This document shows, piece by piece, positions 40,784 through 54,887 of a stretch of DNA of 64,000 nt (position 1 is its first letter; each line of letters opens with the position of its first letter). Under the pieces are notes generated by a model. It was given only the letters and a program-made list of their open reading frames with translations, was not told the DNA's origin and searched no databases. This DNA is from Guillardia theta CCMP2712. Lineage: Eukaryota > Protista > Cryptophyta. The translations under genes were made by a program, and so were the position numbers. The stretch spans positions 812,533 to 876,532 of the forward strand of contig NW_005434668.1 of the NCBI RefSeq assembly GCF_000315625.1. Reading direction: 5' to 3'.

Positions 40784-41287
40784 ATGGCCGACAACTCATT
40801 GAATCCTAAGCTGACTCCGCTCAAGTGGATCCTTGGGTCATGGAAAGGGGATGGGGAGGGAGGGTATCCTGGATCGAAAGATAAAGACCCCCTCCACTTC
40901 CTCTACACCGAGATGTTGACATTCAGCGCTCCCAACTCTGCCAAGCCCGTCATCGCTTACGATCAGAAAACGATCAGTCGGGACGGGACCAAGAAAATGC
41001 ACGCGGAGTGCGGGTTCTACAGGGTGACAGGAGACGATGGCCAGATCGAAGCGAACATCGCCCAGTCCACCGGGATTGCTGAAGTACAGAAGGGAAGCGT
41101 GAAGGACGACGGCAAAACTTTGCTGCTGGAGAGCACTGTGGTGGCGAATGCTGAGAAGGTCAAGGCAATTCACAGGTCGCTCAAGTATGATGCTGCGAAT
41201 GACCAGTTGGTCATCTTGACCAGCATGGAGGCGTCAGGACATCCGATGACGCAGCATCTCTCAACGGTCCTGAAGCGAGTCTCTTGA
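40784..41287 (+). CDS. nitrobindin / THAP4-like heme-binding beta-barrel (DUF1794)
   Basis: LTPLKWILGSWKGDGEGGYP, MHAECGFYR, HLSTVLKRV. Confidence 0.9.
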   Translation: MADNSLNPKLTPLKWILGSWKGDGEGGYPGSKDKDPLHFLYTEMLTFSAPNSAKPVIAYDQKTISRDGTKKMHAECGFYRVTGDDGQIEANIAQSTGIAEVQKGSVKDDGKTLLLESTVVANAEKVKAIHRSLKYDAANDQLVILTSMEASGHPMTQHLSTVLKRVS

Positions 41288-41490
41288 TGGCCCTGACAAC
41301 TTGGCGAGTACTAATAAAGGCGATGAGACATGGTGGGAATCTCTCTGTGGATGAAGAATATAACAGTTCTGGTCAGCACAGGGATGAACCATTCATTCAA
41401 TACACAACTAGAATAATACACGACCAGGGAGGAATTCGAATGTCCCTGTCTACTTACATACGATTGTGTCTTCTACCAAAAGTCAAATCT

Positions 41491-43971
41491 TCACTCCAAT
41501 GCGGGAACTTCGGAAGCGACCATATCTGGGTCGGGGAATTGGCATTTATGGTTGAATCTGATCTCGCAAAGAAGAACTCTCAGCCTGCTCCTTCTTTGTC
41601 TTCCTGAGAACTTTGAGTGTCAAAACATTCCAAACTGTTGGCAAAGATGTTCGACCGCTTGTTGGGCTGTTTGGCTTGCAGACCATTGCGAATCTCTTGT
41701 TTCATCTCTTCAAGTTGTTCCTACAACAAGATCAGACAAAAGGACTCGTCATCAACAGGTGCAAAGACCTCAGGGATTTCGAGATCTTCAACCTTAATCA
41801 AACTGGCGTGAAGCAGAAGTCAACTCCATTGATTCAACACAAAGCAAACAGCCCCGATAGCTCTGCTGTACCTTTGAGGACGATTGTGATAGCGGCTACC
41901 AAGACAGGCTCCTGCCTTTGGAAGAATTCTCTCTATTGAAGGAGGAAGCATGAGCCCAAACTGATCGACAGACAAAGATCTTTCAACAACCTTTGATAAT
42001 CTTTTCAACCCTGTCCTCGTGCACTTCGTCTTTATGAGTTCGCTGGCAATGAAGGTCATAAACACGGCATATTGTTCATATCCTCCCTCACCTCCCAATG
42101 TAATCTGCACTGCCGCGGAGTCCTGCCCGGAAAAGACTGCAAAACGATTCCAACATCAGAAACTAGACCTGCCCCCCTTGACAATCACTACAGTGGCTAT
42201 CTGTGCCCATCTGAGAACAGGTATCAGCCAGCGAGACAAGCAGAGCATGAAGGACAGACCTTCCAACTCCATACTCCTTGACCAAGTCTTCGAGCTGATC
42301 AGACTCAAGTCACCATGCCGTCCGAGGCACACATGGTACAGTCAACACACCATTGCATGCTCCTCTGCCTTCCACGGGCGAGCTTGCTGTCACGGGAATG
42401 AACCGATGAGATAGGAGGGGCAGACAGACAGACCTGACGACGATAAGGATGCTTCTGGATCCAGTGATCCCTGACCTGGTCAGCCCTCCTGCTCTCACCG
42501 ATCTCCATCAGCCCTCCACCTGGGATCCTCCTCTCGACTTCACCTCCCTGGAACCAACTTGGCGATTTCGATCCACGGCATGCTCTTGGAGAGCTCTCGA
42601 GGGTCGCGAAGTTCCCCGTCCTCGTCCCTGGAGGACGCCCAGGGCGCAAGAGACTTAACTGCTTGCTGCAGAACTTCGTCTTCCTCTGCTTGTAAGTCAG
42701 GAGCAGGCGGCGCTCGTCGGATCCGATGCAACCTGGGGACCAGGGACCTTTCTTCAGGTCGGGGTTGATCCGCTTCCACCGCTGCAGGCACTGCTGTTCG
42801 TTCCTGTTGCATCCTCGCTCCTGCTCATCGGGTTGGAGGTGAACGAGGAAAGACTACCTTCCTCCCTAGTCACCTGGATGTATCTTGCAACTCCTACCCA
42901 ATCATTCTCCGCAATGGTTTTCATGGCCTGCGGGAAGCCTCAAGGCAAGTCACAATGGGGGGAGCCAAAGTCCAATACCATCACGAGAACTTCGTCTTCT
43001 TCTTTCGTCCAGTTTCCCGTCCTCACGAGGTTCCCATTGTGCACCCGTTGATAGTAGGTGAAGAGATCGACAGGAGGTCGATAGACTTGAAGCTTCTCCT
43101 CCATCTTTCGTCCTATCTCGGCCCATGACAGCCCAGATTTTACTGAGGAAACAAGGAGCTTCTCCTGCTCCTTGCTCCACTCCTTCCTTGTTATCTTCGG
43201 ATCATCGACATTCGTAAATTGTACAAAACTTTCCTCACTCCCCCGTTTGAGCTTCCTCCACATGATCTTCCCTACCTCTTCCCACAACTTGGGATCTTGG
43301 AGCACTTTCCTGCACGGTTCAGACAAGAGAACTTCATGCTTCCTCGCTGATAGCAGCTGGTCCCCCTGTCCTTGCAAGAACAGCATCTTCGTGCAGCAGT
43401 TCGCAACCTCATTGACCAGCACTCTTCGTTCAGACAGTCGCCACCCTGCGACGCTGTGTTCAACCGGGGTGATGGCTTTGTCAGGGTGACGATCTAGAAG
43501 GTTGATCCCAAAGAAGGACTCGCTGTCATCCTTCCTCGCCGCCAACTCATGCCGGCCCTCTCGCCACCGACCCCTCCTGAACTTCTCTACCTTCCTGCCG
43601 TCGATGATCCTCATGAGGTCCTCTCGCTGAGCCTGCATGTCCTTCCACTTGTCTCGGTTCCTCTCCTTCATCTTTTCGATGTCTTTCAGCATGTCGAGGA
43701 TGGTGCCATGCAGCGCTCTGTTCTTCTCCAGCGTCTCTTTCCTCAGCCTCTCCCTGCCTTCACTGCTTCCCCCCTGTGCTCCTGCCGCTCCCTCGTTGCG
43801 CTCCAGTAGGTGATGCTCTTGGTTGCTCTGAGCCCATTGCAACAACGATGGCAGGACTTCCCCACCTCCCTCCTCCTCCTCCTCCCCAGAGTCATCACAG
43901 GAGTCGAGAAACTCGTCCATGTCATCCTCCTCCTCCATGCCATCCGCCTCATCGGCCCACAACCCCTGCAT
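41491..43971 (-). CDS. multi-repeat Myb/SANT protein (SNAPC4-like), multi-exon
   Basis: EWSKEQEKLL..SWAEIG, GNWTKEEDEVL, DWVGVARYI..QCLQRW, PWIEIAKLVPGR. 3' end approximate. Confidence 0.75.
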
Positions 43972-44232
43972 GCTGCCCTGCTGCAAGAGAAGAGGCGGTA
44001 CCCCTCGAGCTTTTCCTGCAGGGAAGGGCGGGAGGAGGAGTGGGGCAGCGGGCGCAGGCGAAGATTGGGGGCGGATGCTGGGGCGGATGGGGGAGGGGAT
44101 GGAAGGGAAGGGAAGGGGATATTTTGCAAGGAGTGGAATCGGGGGGAAACGGGGCGGGCAGGGAAGAAGGGCCTGCGGTTTTGGGGCGCAATGGTACGAG
44201 TGCGGTAGGGTGAGCATGCGCAGGACTAGCGC

Positions 44233-47200
44233 ATGTCCCTCCTTCTCCTCCTCCTCCTCCTCCTCAGTCTCGATGTTAGGATGCTGTGCTCCTGCCCAAC
44301 CATGACCTGCTCTCCCGCCTGTTCGGTTCCATTGAGGATCCGAGGAGGATGTGCGGACGGGAACATGCCACAGCCGTCGGCCATGCAGCAAGCGAGCGGA
44401 GGGGAGGGAGCAGGAGCATGCGTGAGGCGGGACAGGAGCGAGCAGCCCGACGATCCCTTGCTGAAGCTCGCCAACTCCTCCCTTCCGCGATCCCGACTGA
44501 AGCGACTGAGCATAAAGACCCTGGTCGCTATCCTGAGGCTGAGATCAAACACAACTCTAGGTAGCTAGTGCAGCTGATCGCCATGTTCCCCTTACACGTG
44601 GTCGTTAAGGACAAGAGGAGCTAGCAGACAAGGATGGGATCATCGAGAGGTACTGCTTGTGCCTTGCATCTCACCCTACTCCCTGAGCTCCTGCAAGGTT
44701 GCTGGAGCTGAAAGCTTCTCCGAAGAAACCAGGGAAGCCGAGGAACGGGGCGAGGAAGGAGCCAGAAGTTGCGGAGGGCGGCGACAGGAGAGCCTGTCAA
44801 GATCCTCCCGCATCGAACGCGATGGCGAAGGCGCTGGAGGGGATGCGCAGTCAGATACTGTCGGTGGTGCAGCAGAGGATGTGGCTAGAGGCGAGCTTGA
44901 AGGTGAGGAGGAGGAGGAGGAGGAGGAGGAGGAGGAGGAGGAGGAGGAGGAGGAGGAGGAGGGATGCAGCGTGTGATGGAGATCTCTTTAGGCTCAACGG
45001 ACTCTGGAGGACTCGCTGCTGAAGACTTACAAGGAGATGGCTGGCGAGCCGTTCGAGGTGCCATTGAGCCACAACCTAGTCGGAGAGCCGGAGGAAGCGA
45101 TTGGCCTGAAGGGCACAAACTCCTCGTGGTTGAAGATGACGGAAATGTTGTGATACTTACGATGTGCGCGCGCCTGATGTGAAGACTTCAGGGCTGCGGG
45201 CGAGACATCAGCTTCACCCAGGGCGCCTGCTAGGGCAAGGGCTGCTGCCATGTCAACTGCCCCTAACGAGGGCGCTGCGAGCCTGGTCTGCGCAAGTGGG
45301 GTGCCGTATGAAACGTCGGAGCCTCAGGTGAAGCGGCTGAGAGCCGCTGAGGAACTGCGGGCGCTAGAACAGCTCAGAAATTCCGGGATGTCGTCGCAGC
45401 CATCGCCTCTTGCCGAGCGGAGGGCGAGAAGTTCCAACGTGGACGAGGAGCCAGAGGGTAAGGCGGGTGTTGGTTGGGCATGCAAGGTGAGAGGCTGTGT
45501 AGAATCGTTCTCCGACCGGACGTTCGGAAACGCGGCGGTCCCGTCGCTCCAAGAGTGGAGGAGGCAGTTCCCATGGACCCTCCAGGTCAACCAGGTGAGT
45601 TGGAGTTGGCCAACTCGAAGATGTTCAGCATGTGATGGGAACGTTGCCAGGTTTTGAAAGACATCTTCAACCTCTCTTCCTTCCGTCCTCTCCAGCTCGA
45701 GATCATCAACGCGTTCCTCGCCAAGAAGGATGTGTTCGTGCTGCTCCCGACGGGGGGAGGGAAGAGCCTCTGCTACCAGCTCCCTGCCATCATCATCCCA
45801 GGCATCATGGTGGTGATCTCCCCGCTCCTGTCTCTCATGCAGGACCAAGTGGAGCAGCTTCGAGCGCTGGGGGTCGAGTGCATGATGCTGAGCTCGGCAA
45901 CGAGCAAGGAGGAGATGAGGGAGGTGCTGGGTGCGATGACCAAGGGATCATGTAAACTGAAGCTCCTCTACGTCACGCCCGAGCGGATCTCCAAGAGCAG
46001 GCTGTTTCTGTCCAAGCTCGAGCAGGCGCACGACATGCAGAGGATCTCCTCCTTTGTGATCGACGAGGCTCACTGCTGCTCCCAGTGGGGCCATGACTTC
46101 CGCCCCGACTACCTCAAGCTTGGGATCCTCAGGAGGCAGTTCCCTCGCGTGCCCATCATGGCGTTGACAGCGACAGCGACAGACAAGGTGCAGGAGGACG
46201 TCTCCAAGATGCTTGGGATAGAAAGGAGCGTCGTCTTCAGGGGCAGCGTGAATCGTCCGAATCTTGTCTACAGGGTCGAGGAGAAGCCGTACGCGTCCAA
46301 GGACGTCTTGACAATGATACTGTCAGTTATCAAGCAGAACTTCTCTGGGAAGAGCGGCATCGTCTACTGCCTTTCTCGTCGGGATGCAGAGGACGTGGCT
46401 AAGTTCCTGGCAGAGAACGGCCTGCGGGCGCTGCCCTACCATGCGGATCTCAGCGACGAGTACAGGACCAGGGTGCACCAGCAGTGGACCAAGGGGATCG
46501 TACACATCATGGTAGCGACCATCGCGTTCGGGATGGGGATCAACAAGCCCGACGGTGAGGAGGAAGGACAGGACTGAAGCGATCGCTGACTGCCTGCCAG
46601 TCCGTTTCGTCATCCATCATTCCATGTCCAAGTCCCTGGCCGCCTACTACCAGGAGAGCGGGAGGGGAGGGAGGGACGGTGACAGGGCTGTCTGTATCCT
46701 CTACTACCGCCCCGGGGACCTGACGAGGCTTTCCACCATGTCATTCCACGACAGGAACGGCCTGAAAGGTCTCCATGCTGCTTCTACCCCCCCTGCCTGA
46801 TCCGAACCCGCAGGCATCTACGAGATCGTAAGGTACTGTGAAGCAAGCTCCTGCAGGAGGCAGATCATCCTCTCCCACTTCGGTGATCAGGCCGCGGGCC
46901 TTGAGCGATGCCCTTCTGGAGCCGAAGAGTGCGACTGCTGCTCCCGGCAGGGTCAGGGGAGTCAGCAGGCAACTGACATCACAGAGCATGCCAAGACCGT
47001 GCTGTCAATCATCTCCCAGGAGAAGAAATCCATGACGCTCAACAAGATCGTGGAGGTTTGGCGGGCAGGGACCAAGACCTCTCCAGGTACCCGCTGATCT
47101 CCTCTCCTCTCCTCGCTGCTCCCTGCTCTGCTGCCTCTCCTTGCTCTCATCTCATCTCCTCGCTGCTCCCTGCTGAATCTTCTACTCTCCCAAGGGCAAA

Positions 47201-47450
47201 GTGTCAGGTGTCCTCCTAACTTCAAGAGGATCCACAACGAGCGCATCCTCGTTCACATGCTCCTGGAAGGCGTCCTCAAGCAGAAGTTCCGGTCGACTGC
47301 CTACGGAACCAACAGGTCCCTCATGCTGGGCAGGCTGCTGGGAGCGCCGCTGACCTTGTCTTCAGCTACATCATGGCCGGGCCGCAGGCGAACTCGCTGC
47401 TAACGGGGAAGAAGAGGATATGGGCGGAGATGGGGGCGGCGTCAAGCTAA
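44233..47450 (+). CDS. RecQ-family DNA helicase, probably with N-terminal signal peptide, LRIRGG and SAP-like motif
   Basis: Helicase core: [76 protein letters not shown] Cys motif. Upstream exons join in frame via introns at 44561-, 44650-44697, ~44903-44991 and 45150-45191. If that splicing is wrong the helicase starts near 45250. Confidence 0.85.
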
Positions 47451-47526
47451 GACGAGGGCAAGGGGAGAGCAGGGGGGGAGGGCAATTGAGATGCTGTCAT
47501 GTGAATGGGATGTAAATTTCTTGGTG

Positions 47527-49345
47527 TCAGTAAAATCTTTTCTCGTACTTGGACCTGCAGCAGGGGCAGAGGCTGTCGACCTCCGCCATGGCCGACGAGA
47601 ACCGCTCGAACGACTCGAGGCAGTTGGCATGGAAGAGGTGCGAGCAAGAAGTCAAGACTTTCTTCTTCGACGGCCCCCCCAGGTCGCAGAGGCAGATCGC
47701 ACAGTCCTGCTCGTCTCTCTGGAGAGCTCTCGCCTCCACCATTTCCCAGTCGACCTCCTCTCCTCGTCGCCGTTCTCCAACTCCTCCGCATCCTGTGAAG
47801 CAAACATGCTTGTGAGAAGGCAGCGCAAGCAGAGTAGACAGTGACAAAGGAGGGAGGGGAGGAAGAGAAGGAGAGGAGGAAGAGGAGAGGAAGCGATTTG
47901 ACTGAGGAAAGGAGACTGCAAAATGGTAGAAGCAAAGAGGGGAATCAGAAATGGGAGGACAGGTGGACGGGGGGAGGACAACAGGGGGGAGGACAGGGAG
48001 GTGAAGCAAGTGGTAGAGGCGTTCGACCAGCTCCGGCTGAATGTCCGAAGACGCCTCGACTGAACTGTAGGGCTAGCTCAGACTCTCTGAACAGGTCGTC
48101 AAGGTCTTGATCCCCTGCCATGCTGTCAGCACCGACAGCTGCCAGCTCTGACTCTCACGCTCGGCATCGAGTGCGCTGAAGAGCCTGGCTGAAAGCTTCT
48201 CCATCCTCTTGTAGTAGAACTGCCTCCTCTTCTCGGGATCCGTTGGCACAACCTATCTCGCCAGCGTCACTTATAACCGCAGTAGCGGCGGCGGCGGCGG
48301 CGCAACAACTACAACAATCAAGGTGCTCACAGTTTCAACAAGATGGTTGAAGATCTTCCTTCCCGCATGCCCTCTCCACACTGCTTGCAGCTTGACGGCA
48401 CAGACCTTCTCCCAGTTCCTGGTGGACAGGTCAAGAGGAGCTGAGCCAAGTGTCCTGACTCATTCCCACCTCCTCCCGTCTTCAAACAAGCGCTTCTCGT
48501 AGTTCTTCATCCTGCACAGCGGGCAGGACTTCGCCCCTGCGAACCTGAGCTCCAGTCAGACAGGAGCTGCCTACGACAACAGCAGCATCTGCGTGCTCAC
48601 CGCTCGAAGGATGCGAGACAATCTTGATGGAATACGTGGCTACAGGACAGGATAACCTGACTCTGGTTCAGCATTCAAAAACCTCCACGAGCCTGGTACA
48701 CCTGAGCGTCCGCACGGAAAGACTCTCTGCAGATCGCACAATCATTGCAGCTGTCCTGACGGCCTCTGCGCAACAAAAGCTTCAGCTCGCGACCCGACAG
48801 TAAGACTCCGGCTCCTTGCCTGGATCTCTCAGCTACCGACATCCATTCTTCCCTGGTCAACTTGGAGGGCGGAGCAGGGACAAGGCCCAGCTTCTGTGCA
48901 AGAGACAGGTCTTCCTTGTCTGCTTTGTCTTGCTTGTCGTCCATGAGCGAGCACAACTCCTCCTGCTTCTTGACTTTGGGCTTCCTAGTCCGAATCCTCC
49001 CTGACGCGCTGATGTCTACTTTCAAGCTTCTCATAAAGTGATCCTGCAGCAGCAGGCTCTCAGTGAACGCTCATGGCAAGTACAAGCTGATCTGTGAGAC
49101 GCCCTTCCTCAATCCTTCATCCTTACACTCTTACATCCCGGATCGCTCTTGCACGGTGTCGACATCATACCCAAGAGGAAATCTTGGCGAAATATTCCCT
49201 TTTCCATGCTACTGGAGGTACACATCTTCTGTTTCAACTACATATGTGTTCTACTTGCTTTCATCTCGCTTCTCTCATCTCATAGTTGTGTCTTCACCTG
49301 CATCGCAGCCGCCATCAGCGAGGCGCTTTTCTCCCTTGCTGCCAT
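47527..49345 (-). CDS. RNF32-like protein (two RING-H2 fingers and IQ motif), multi-exon
   Basis: LSLAQKLGLV, CAICRESF..LSCSHVFH..CPLCR, LQAVWRG, CAICLCDL..SCSHLFHANC..CPCCR. Confidence 0.8.
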
Positions 49346-49681
49346 GTCCAACGGCCGGTGTGCTTTCAGGTGAAAAGTTTGTTGTTTTATCTTGAAAGGT
49401 TTTAATTTAGCTGAAGAGTTCTCTAATTTACAATAAAGTGATTAAATTTAACATTATATTGTTTAATTTAACCCAGAGAGGGCCAACTCAACTCAAATTG
49501 GCTTATTTTCTCCAATCAGCAACTACTCTCAAATGCATACTCCTTCCATGGTTTGCAGGGGTTGCTGAACAGCGACAGGAGCAGAGGAGGAAGAGGAGAG
49601 AGGAGAGGAGAGCGAGAGAGCAAGGGGACTGAGAGGAGAAGCGTGTCAGGTGCGTCCTTTGCTGCTGGCAATGTCGCCACC

Positions 49682-50503
49682 ATGGACTTTTCTGACTTGA
49701 TCTTGGCGGTGACAGGCGGAGTGCCGGCCATGAACAATTTGCCCGTTCGGTCGGCGTACAGCATCGCAACACAACTGAAGTCGATCCGATCTCTGTGGAT
49801 CAACGACATGAAGATCCAGAGGAGATGCACTAGGACGGGTTTCGTTGGTATGTTTGATAGAATGATGGGCAAGAAGATGGTGGGCAAGGTGATCCTAGAC
49901 ACACCATTTCTTTGCTCAGGCCCAATGCTCGTCCCGTACTCAGCTCAAATTTTGTGCGCAGGACAGGGACGGCAACACGTACTGGGAGATATGGAACCCC
50001 CATGGGAAGTTTAACCCTCGGCGAGAGATTCGATATGCGAAACCACTGGTGCTGTGTTGCTCAGGTTGTTTTGAATGACCAAGGGCTGACATGCAAGTGC
50101 AGGAGGACGTCGAATTCCACGAGGTGATACCTGAGTGGAGACTCTGGTTGAGGTAGAACTCTTGTTTGCCGAAGAGGAGCCTTCAGGTTTGACTGCCTCC
50201 CGAAAAGGCACATCAAGAAATTCCCTCCCACTGATGAAGAGATCGAGAGGGGGGAGAGGGAGCGAGCGGAAACTCTGAGAAAAGCAAGGTCATCATGCCT
50301 GGAAGAATCTCTCTCCCTTCTCCTTGACGCCATCGCAGGGAGATAGAAGCAGAAGACGCAAGGCTCGAGTCCCTGTGGGAGCTCAGGAGTACGATTCGTC
50401 CCTTGCTTGCTCCCTACCTTCACTGATGCCTCTCTGTTGCGTCAGACCCCGACTACCAACCATCAAGCAGCAGGAAGTCAGGTTTCTCCTCGCCTGCATC
50501 TGA
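49682..50503 (+). CDS. hypothetical protein, multi-exon
   Basis: ATG at 49682 followed by short exons; no domain recognised. Confidence 0.4.
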
Positions 50504-51320
50504 TGGGAGGATCTCGTTGACGTCTCGCAGGACTTGACAGGTTGCTGGAACACCACCGTTCAAGGCACCAGCCCAACGCAGCCAGCGGGCCCGGCAAGGG
50601 CGTACGCTATGTCGAGGAGTACGATCCTTTCTCTTGATACAGTAGAATCGTTCAAAGTTTGACAAGAAACATTACAAGCTAGGGGAGTTGTTCCTCTTGA
50701 TTCATCGTGACTTGCGACCGTCCACTGTCCGGGATCGGACTTGGAGCCTCAATCAGTGGCGACCCCGGGGCCCGGTAGTACCGTACTACCGTAGACTCGG
50801 TGAACCGTGAACTTGAGGCCAGTGGCTAGTTCGGACAGGGTCTGGCAGGGTCCACTCGACAGTGCCCGGCCTCAGGCTGGATAGATATTCACAGTCATTA
50901 ACAGTAACGGAAGTTCCGAGTCATCACTATGACATCCTAGCATACAGTCGCCTACCCTGCCAAAGCAACATGGTACAAGTCTAAAAAACTCATACTTCGT
51001 CAAGCCACCGACGCCCTCCGGGAGGGCCAGCGACTCAGACGGACAGAGCCGGGCCCGGCCGCCGGGCGGCCCGGCCGCTCAGTGCCAAGGCTCGGCGTCA
51101 ACTGCACGATACAGATCTGAAACGTAGAATCCCCGACATGCCAGGAACGGTCGGAGATCGCTCGGGAGGAAGAGACAAAGAGGAGGAGGAGGAGGAGGAG
51201 CAAGAGTGATGAAAGTCGCGGACAACATAGCCGATAAAGCCGTCCTCAAAAGGAACAGGAACAGGAATAGGAAAGAGCGAATGGCTGGAATGTGGACTTG
51301 ATTCGCACATTTGTCACAGT

Positions 51321-53843
51321 ATGAGGTGGTTAGGAACAGCATGCCTCATCGTCCTTTGCTGCTGGACCCCAGCGATGAGTGGGAAGATCGAGATCCTCTC
51401 ACCGAAGGATGGGGCCCGCATCGACAAGTCCGATCCCAAGGGGTTCGCTCTGCATGTCAGAGTACACGACTTCAGCATCCCAGCCGAAGGTCACGGCAAG
51501 ATCTTCCTGGATGACGAGATGATCGCCGTGATGGAGGAGTCCGAGGTGCGTCAGATAGACCCCAGTGCGCTCCTCCGTGCTGTTCGAGTGATGCTGCTTC
51601 ATCCTTGCAGGCGTACTTCGAGGTTGGGAACCTGAGGGAGATAGAGGCGGGGGTCCATGCTATCACCTTGAGGCTGTACGACCTGGATGAGAACATGGTG
51701 GGGATAGAGTCAAGCTCCAAGTTTGAGCTGATCTCGCATGGAGGAGAAGATCCGCTCAAACCTGCAGACGATCCGAAGAGAGGAAGGGGCGATGGGGTCA
51801 GGCAGCAGAGCACGAGGGAGGAGGATCCTTGCGCCATGGACCTGTCCAAGACGACAGTCTCTGGTGTCTGCTGTCTCCCGACCCTCTCGTTCGCCCCTGA
51901 TCGGCACGTTCAGGATTGGATCGAGCTTCTGCTGGCATCAGCAATGAGTTCACCATCTTCCCACGCAACAGGCGGGGGTTGCTGATCCACCCGGAAAAGT
52001 GCAAGAGACCGTTGGAACTGACGGTGAGGCGAAAAGGACAAGGGACGAGCGTGTATGACGAGTTTTGCCAGGTTGTTGTGATACCCGCTCCTCTAGACCA
52101 CAGGATGATTCGGGATGAGGAGGGTAGGTACGTGTGCTCGTGGACCTCAGAGTATGCAGGAACCGTGAAGGTGAACTGAACATTCCACCTTGTATCTAGA
52201 AGTGCACGCTGACGAAGATCTCAGGTGGAGATCAAGTACGGCAAGGACGGGAGCCGATCAGAACACGTTCAGGGGAGTCCCTTCACTGTTGAGGTCCGGC
52301 AGATGTATACAGTGTGAGAGTACTTGAGCGACCATGGATGGTCCAGTGAGATTTGAAAACAGGTTCGCTGAAGGTCCGATCAACCCCAAGCCCTCGCCTT
52401 ACAATGGACACTATCTTCATTCCTCCAGGGAGCGTCATCATCACATACCTGAAGTTGCGAGAGGGGATCCACTGGTAACGAATGCTTCCCGTCTCTCGGA
52501 CCTGAGATGGACAACAGGTGGAAGGGGGAGACAAGAAAGGAATCGATGAGCTCTGCTCTGGCAGGCCACAGAATGGCCTAATGGGTCGATGTGCTTTTGT
52601 TACCATGATCTCTTCGGATTCGTACTTGTCAGGTATGCATATTTGGCGCAATGAGCTATCAGCAGAATCGAGGGCAAACGACCACTGAATGATTTCCAGG
52701 AGCCTTGACTCTCTTGTATAGCATTCGCCGGACAGGGAGCAAGATTGATTTTGTTGGGATGGTAACAAAAGACGGCATCTCGCCACACACATTGAATTCA
52801 TTAGAGGTAATCATTGTCAACAGTACTTTTGTTGAGGAGTTCTGACACCAAACCCACAGAAAGCAGGGATGATTTTGATCACAGTGGGGAGAATGAAAAA
52901 ACAGAACATCCAGGACATGAGTGAGGTGATTTGAAACAGAAAAATGAGCAAACGTTGTTGTTATCAACAAGGGATGTTGGCAGGAGCGATGGAATGACAA
53001 CTACACCAAGTTGAGGCTGTGGCAGCTTCCATTTGAGCGACTTGTGTTCTTGGATTGCGATATGATAGTCCTTCAGGTGCGATGAATTGAGTTCTGTTGG
53101 GGATCTTGTCTCAATTTTGGCAATCACTTCATCACAGCCACTGGACCACCTGTTTGCCTTGAAAGCAAACTTCGCCGCTGTTCCCGATGCATTTCATCCC
53201 TGTTATCTCAACACAGGTAAAGCTTTCTTCTATCCTTTGAATGCTCATTGTCTTGGTACAGGGTTTATGTTCATCAGACCTCACAACGACACTTTCCATG
53301 CGATGGCTACTCTCATCGATGAAGTCAGCAGTGAGGAAAGCGAACAGACGCTGGTCAATCATTACTACCTTGACAGGTCAGGGATAGCAAGCTCCCCGCC
53401 CTCCTCATGACAAGTGATGGTTACAGGTACCACGTCTTGCACTATACCTACAACTTCGCGAAGCACAATGTTATGTCGCCAACAAGATTTCAGATCTACG
53501 TCGAGGTTCGTGCGTCCTTCCATGTGTTCCGCTTCTCTCAACCTACTCCTTGCAGAGGTACATGGACACTGTGAAAGTCGTTCACTTCCTCGGAGTCAAG
53601 GTACAGCGCGTCCTTCTTGTTCTTACAGCCTCTGATCTCCCCCTCCTCCCATCAGCCCTGGATGTGCTCAAGAGACCACGACTGCATGCGACATGTCTCC
53701 TGGTACGGCGGTCAGAGCAACATGTACTTGTACGACTTGTGGGTATCGACTCGTCGATTGTTCTCCCTCTTAATTCCTTGCCTAGGTGGTGGTCCATGTT
53801 CGAGGAAATGTGCGAGCTGGAGAATGTAGTCTGCATGAACTGA
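51321..53843 (+). CDS. GT8 (glycogenin-like) glycosyltransferase with signal peptide and filamin/Ig-like domain, multi-exon
   Basis: Filamin-like GRYVCSW..AGTVK..HVQGSPFTVEV; AFVTMISSDSY, NYTKLRLWQL..LVFLDCD, LNTG, EQTLVNHYY, VVHFLG.K.PW. Confidence 0.8.
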
Positions 53844-53917
53844 TTAACCGAAGCTCAAGAAGTTTTGAGATGACTTTGTTGTACATCACCACACTCTGGC
53901 ATCTTAGGATCAAGTTG

Positions 53918-54591
53918 TCAGTCTGCCTCTACAACACGAGACATCAGCTGCTTCTCTCCTAACTTTGCGCACTGCAAATCTGCCTCCTCTTTGTCTGTTG
54001 TGTTGCAGACAGCAAATCCAGTCGAATGAGCTGTCTGCATGATGTTGTAAGCCTTCGACTTAGAATGCCCGAACACTTCGCACAGCACTTGACAGACATA
54101 CTCCTTGGTGTTGACGGGCTGCATCATCAGACCGTCAGTATCCATCACATCGACACACAACAGCAATGGTGAACGAAACATAAGAGCAAGAAAGAACTCA
54201 CATCATTGAACAACAAGACGTGGTAAGGCTTGCCGGGGGTCTGCTCAGGAGTACCCTGTGGAGCGACGATGACTTCTGGCTTCTTCTCCAGCACAGCTCC
54301 TCCACTCCCGCTGACCATCGTCAACGAGCTCCTGCTGACGACAGGAGCAGCTCGAAGTAGGCGAACCGAGGGCATAGAACTGCCAGCCTTTCGCAGCAAT
54401 GGGGACATGCCGGACATACCAAAGGCAAGAGGCATACGAGGCGACGAGGAGGCGTGAGAGGAGACGAGAGGTTGGGAGATGGCATGGGATGGGCCGGTAG
54501 TGGGAGATTCAAGTGGGGAAGCAAGAGCAAGCGACATTGTCGCAGCCATGGCGACGGCCAGCATGATCTCTTTCGCACCCACCGGCGCCAT
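53918..54591 (-). CDS. clpS: Clp protease adaptor ClpS, plastid-targeted, 2 exons
   Basis: YHVLLFND|PVNTKEYVCQVL..AYNIMQTAHSTGFAVC; signal peptide followed by a Ser/Arg-rich transit-like region. Confidence 0.88.
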
Positions 54592-54887
54592 GTTTGTGCG
54601 GATGAGGACCCCACCCCCTCCCTCCACCCGATCTTCACGAAGTTTGACCTGTAAAGTACTCACGGGGGAGGGGTGGGCGGATACCGGAGGCCCTCATACC
54701 GTCGTGTTGAAAACCCCTGGTTGGACCCCCACCACAGTCTTGATCACCCCACTACCCCTTCCCACCTAAGTTCAATTTTCACCCCTATTATCACGATCGC
54801 AAGCAGGGGTACTATGTAAATTCAAAGTACCCCTACCCCCAAATATGATACACCCATCTCAGGTGTGGATTCTTGGTGGTTTTCTTC

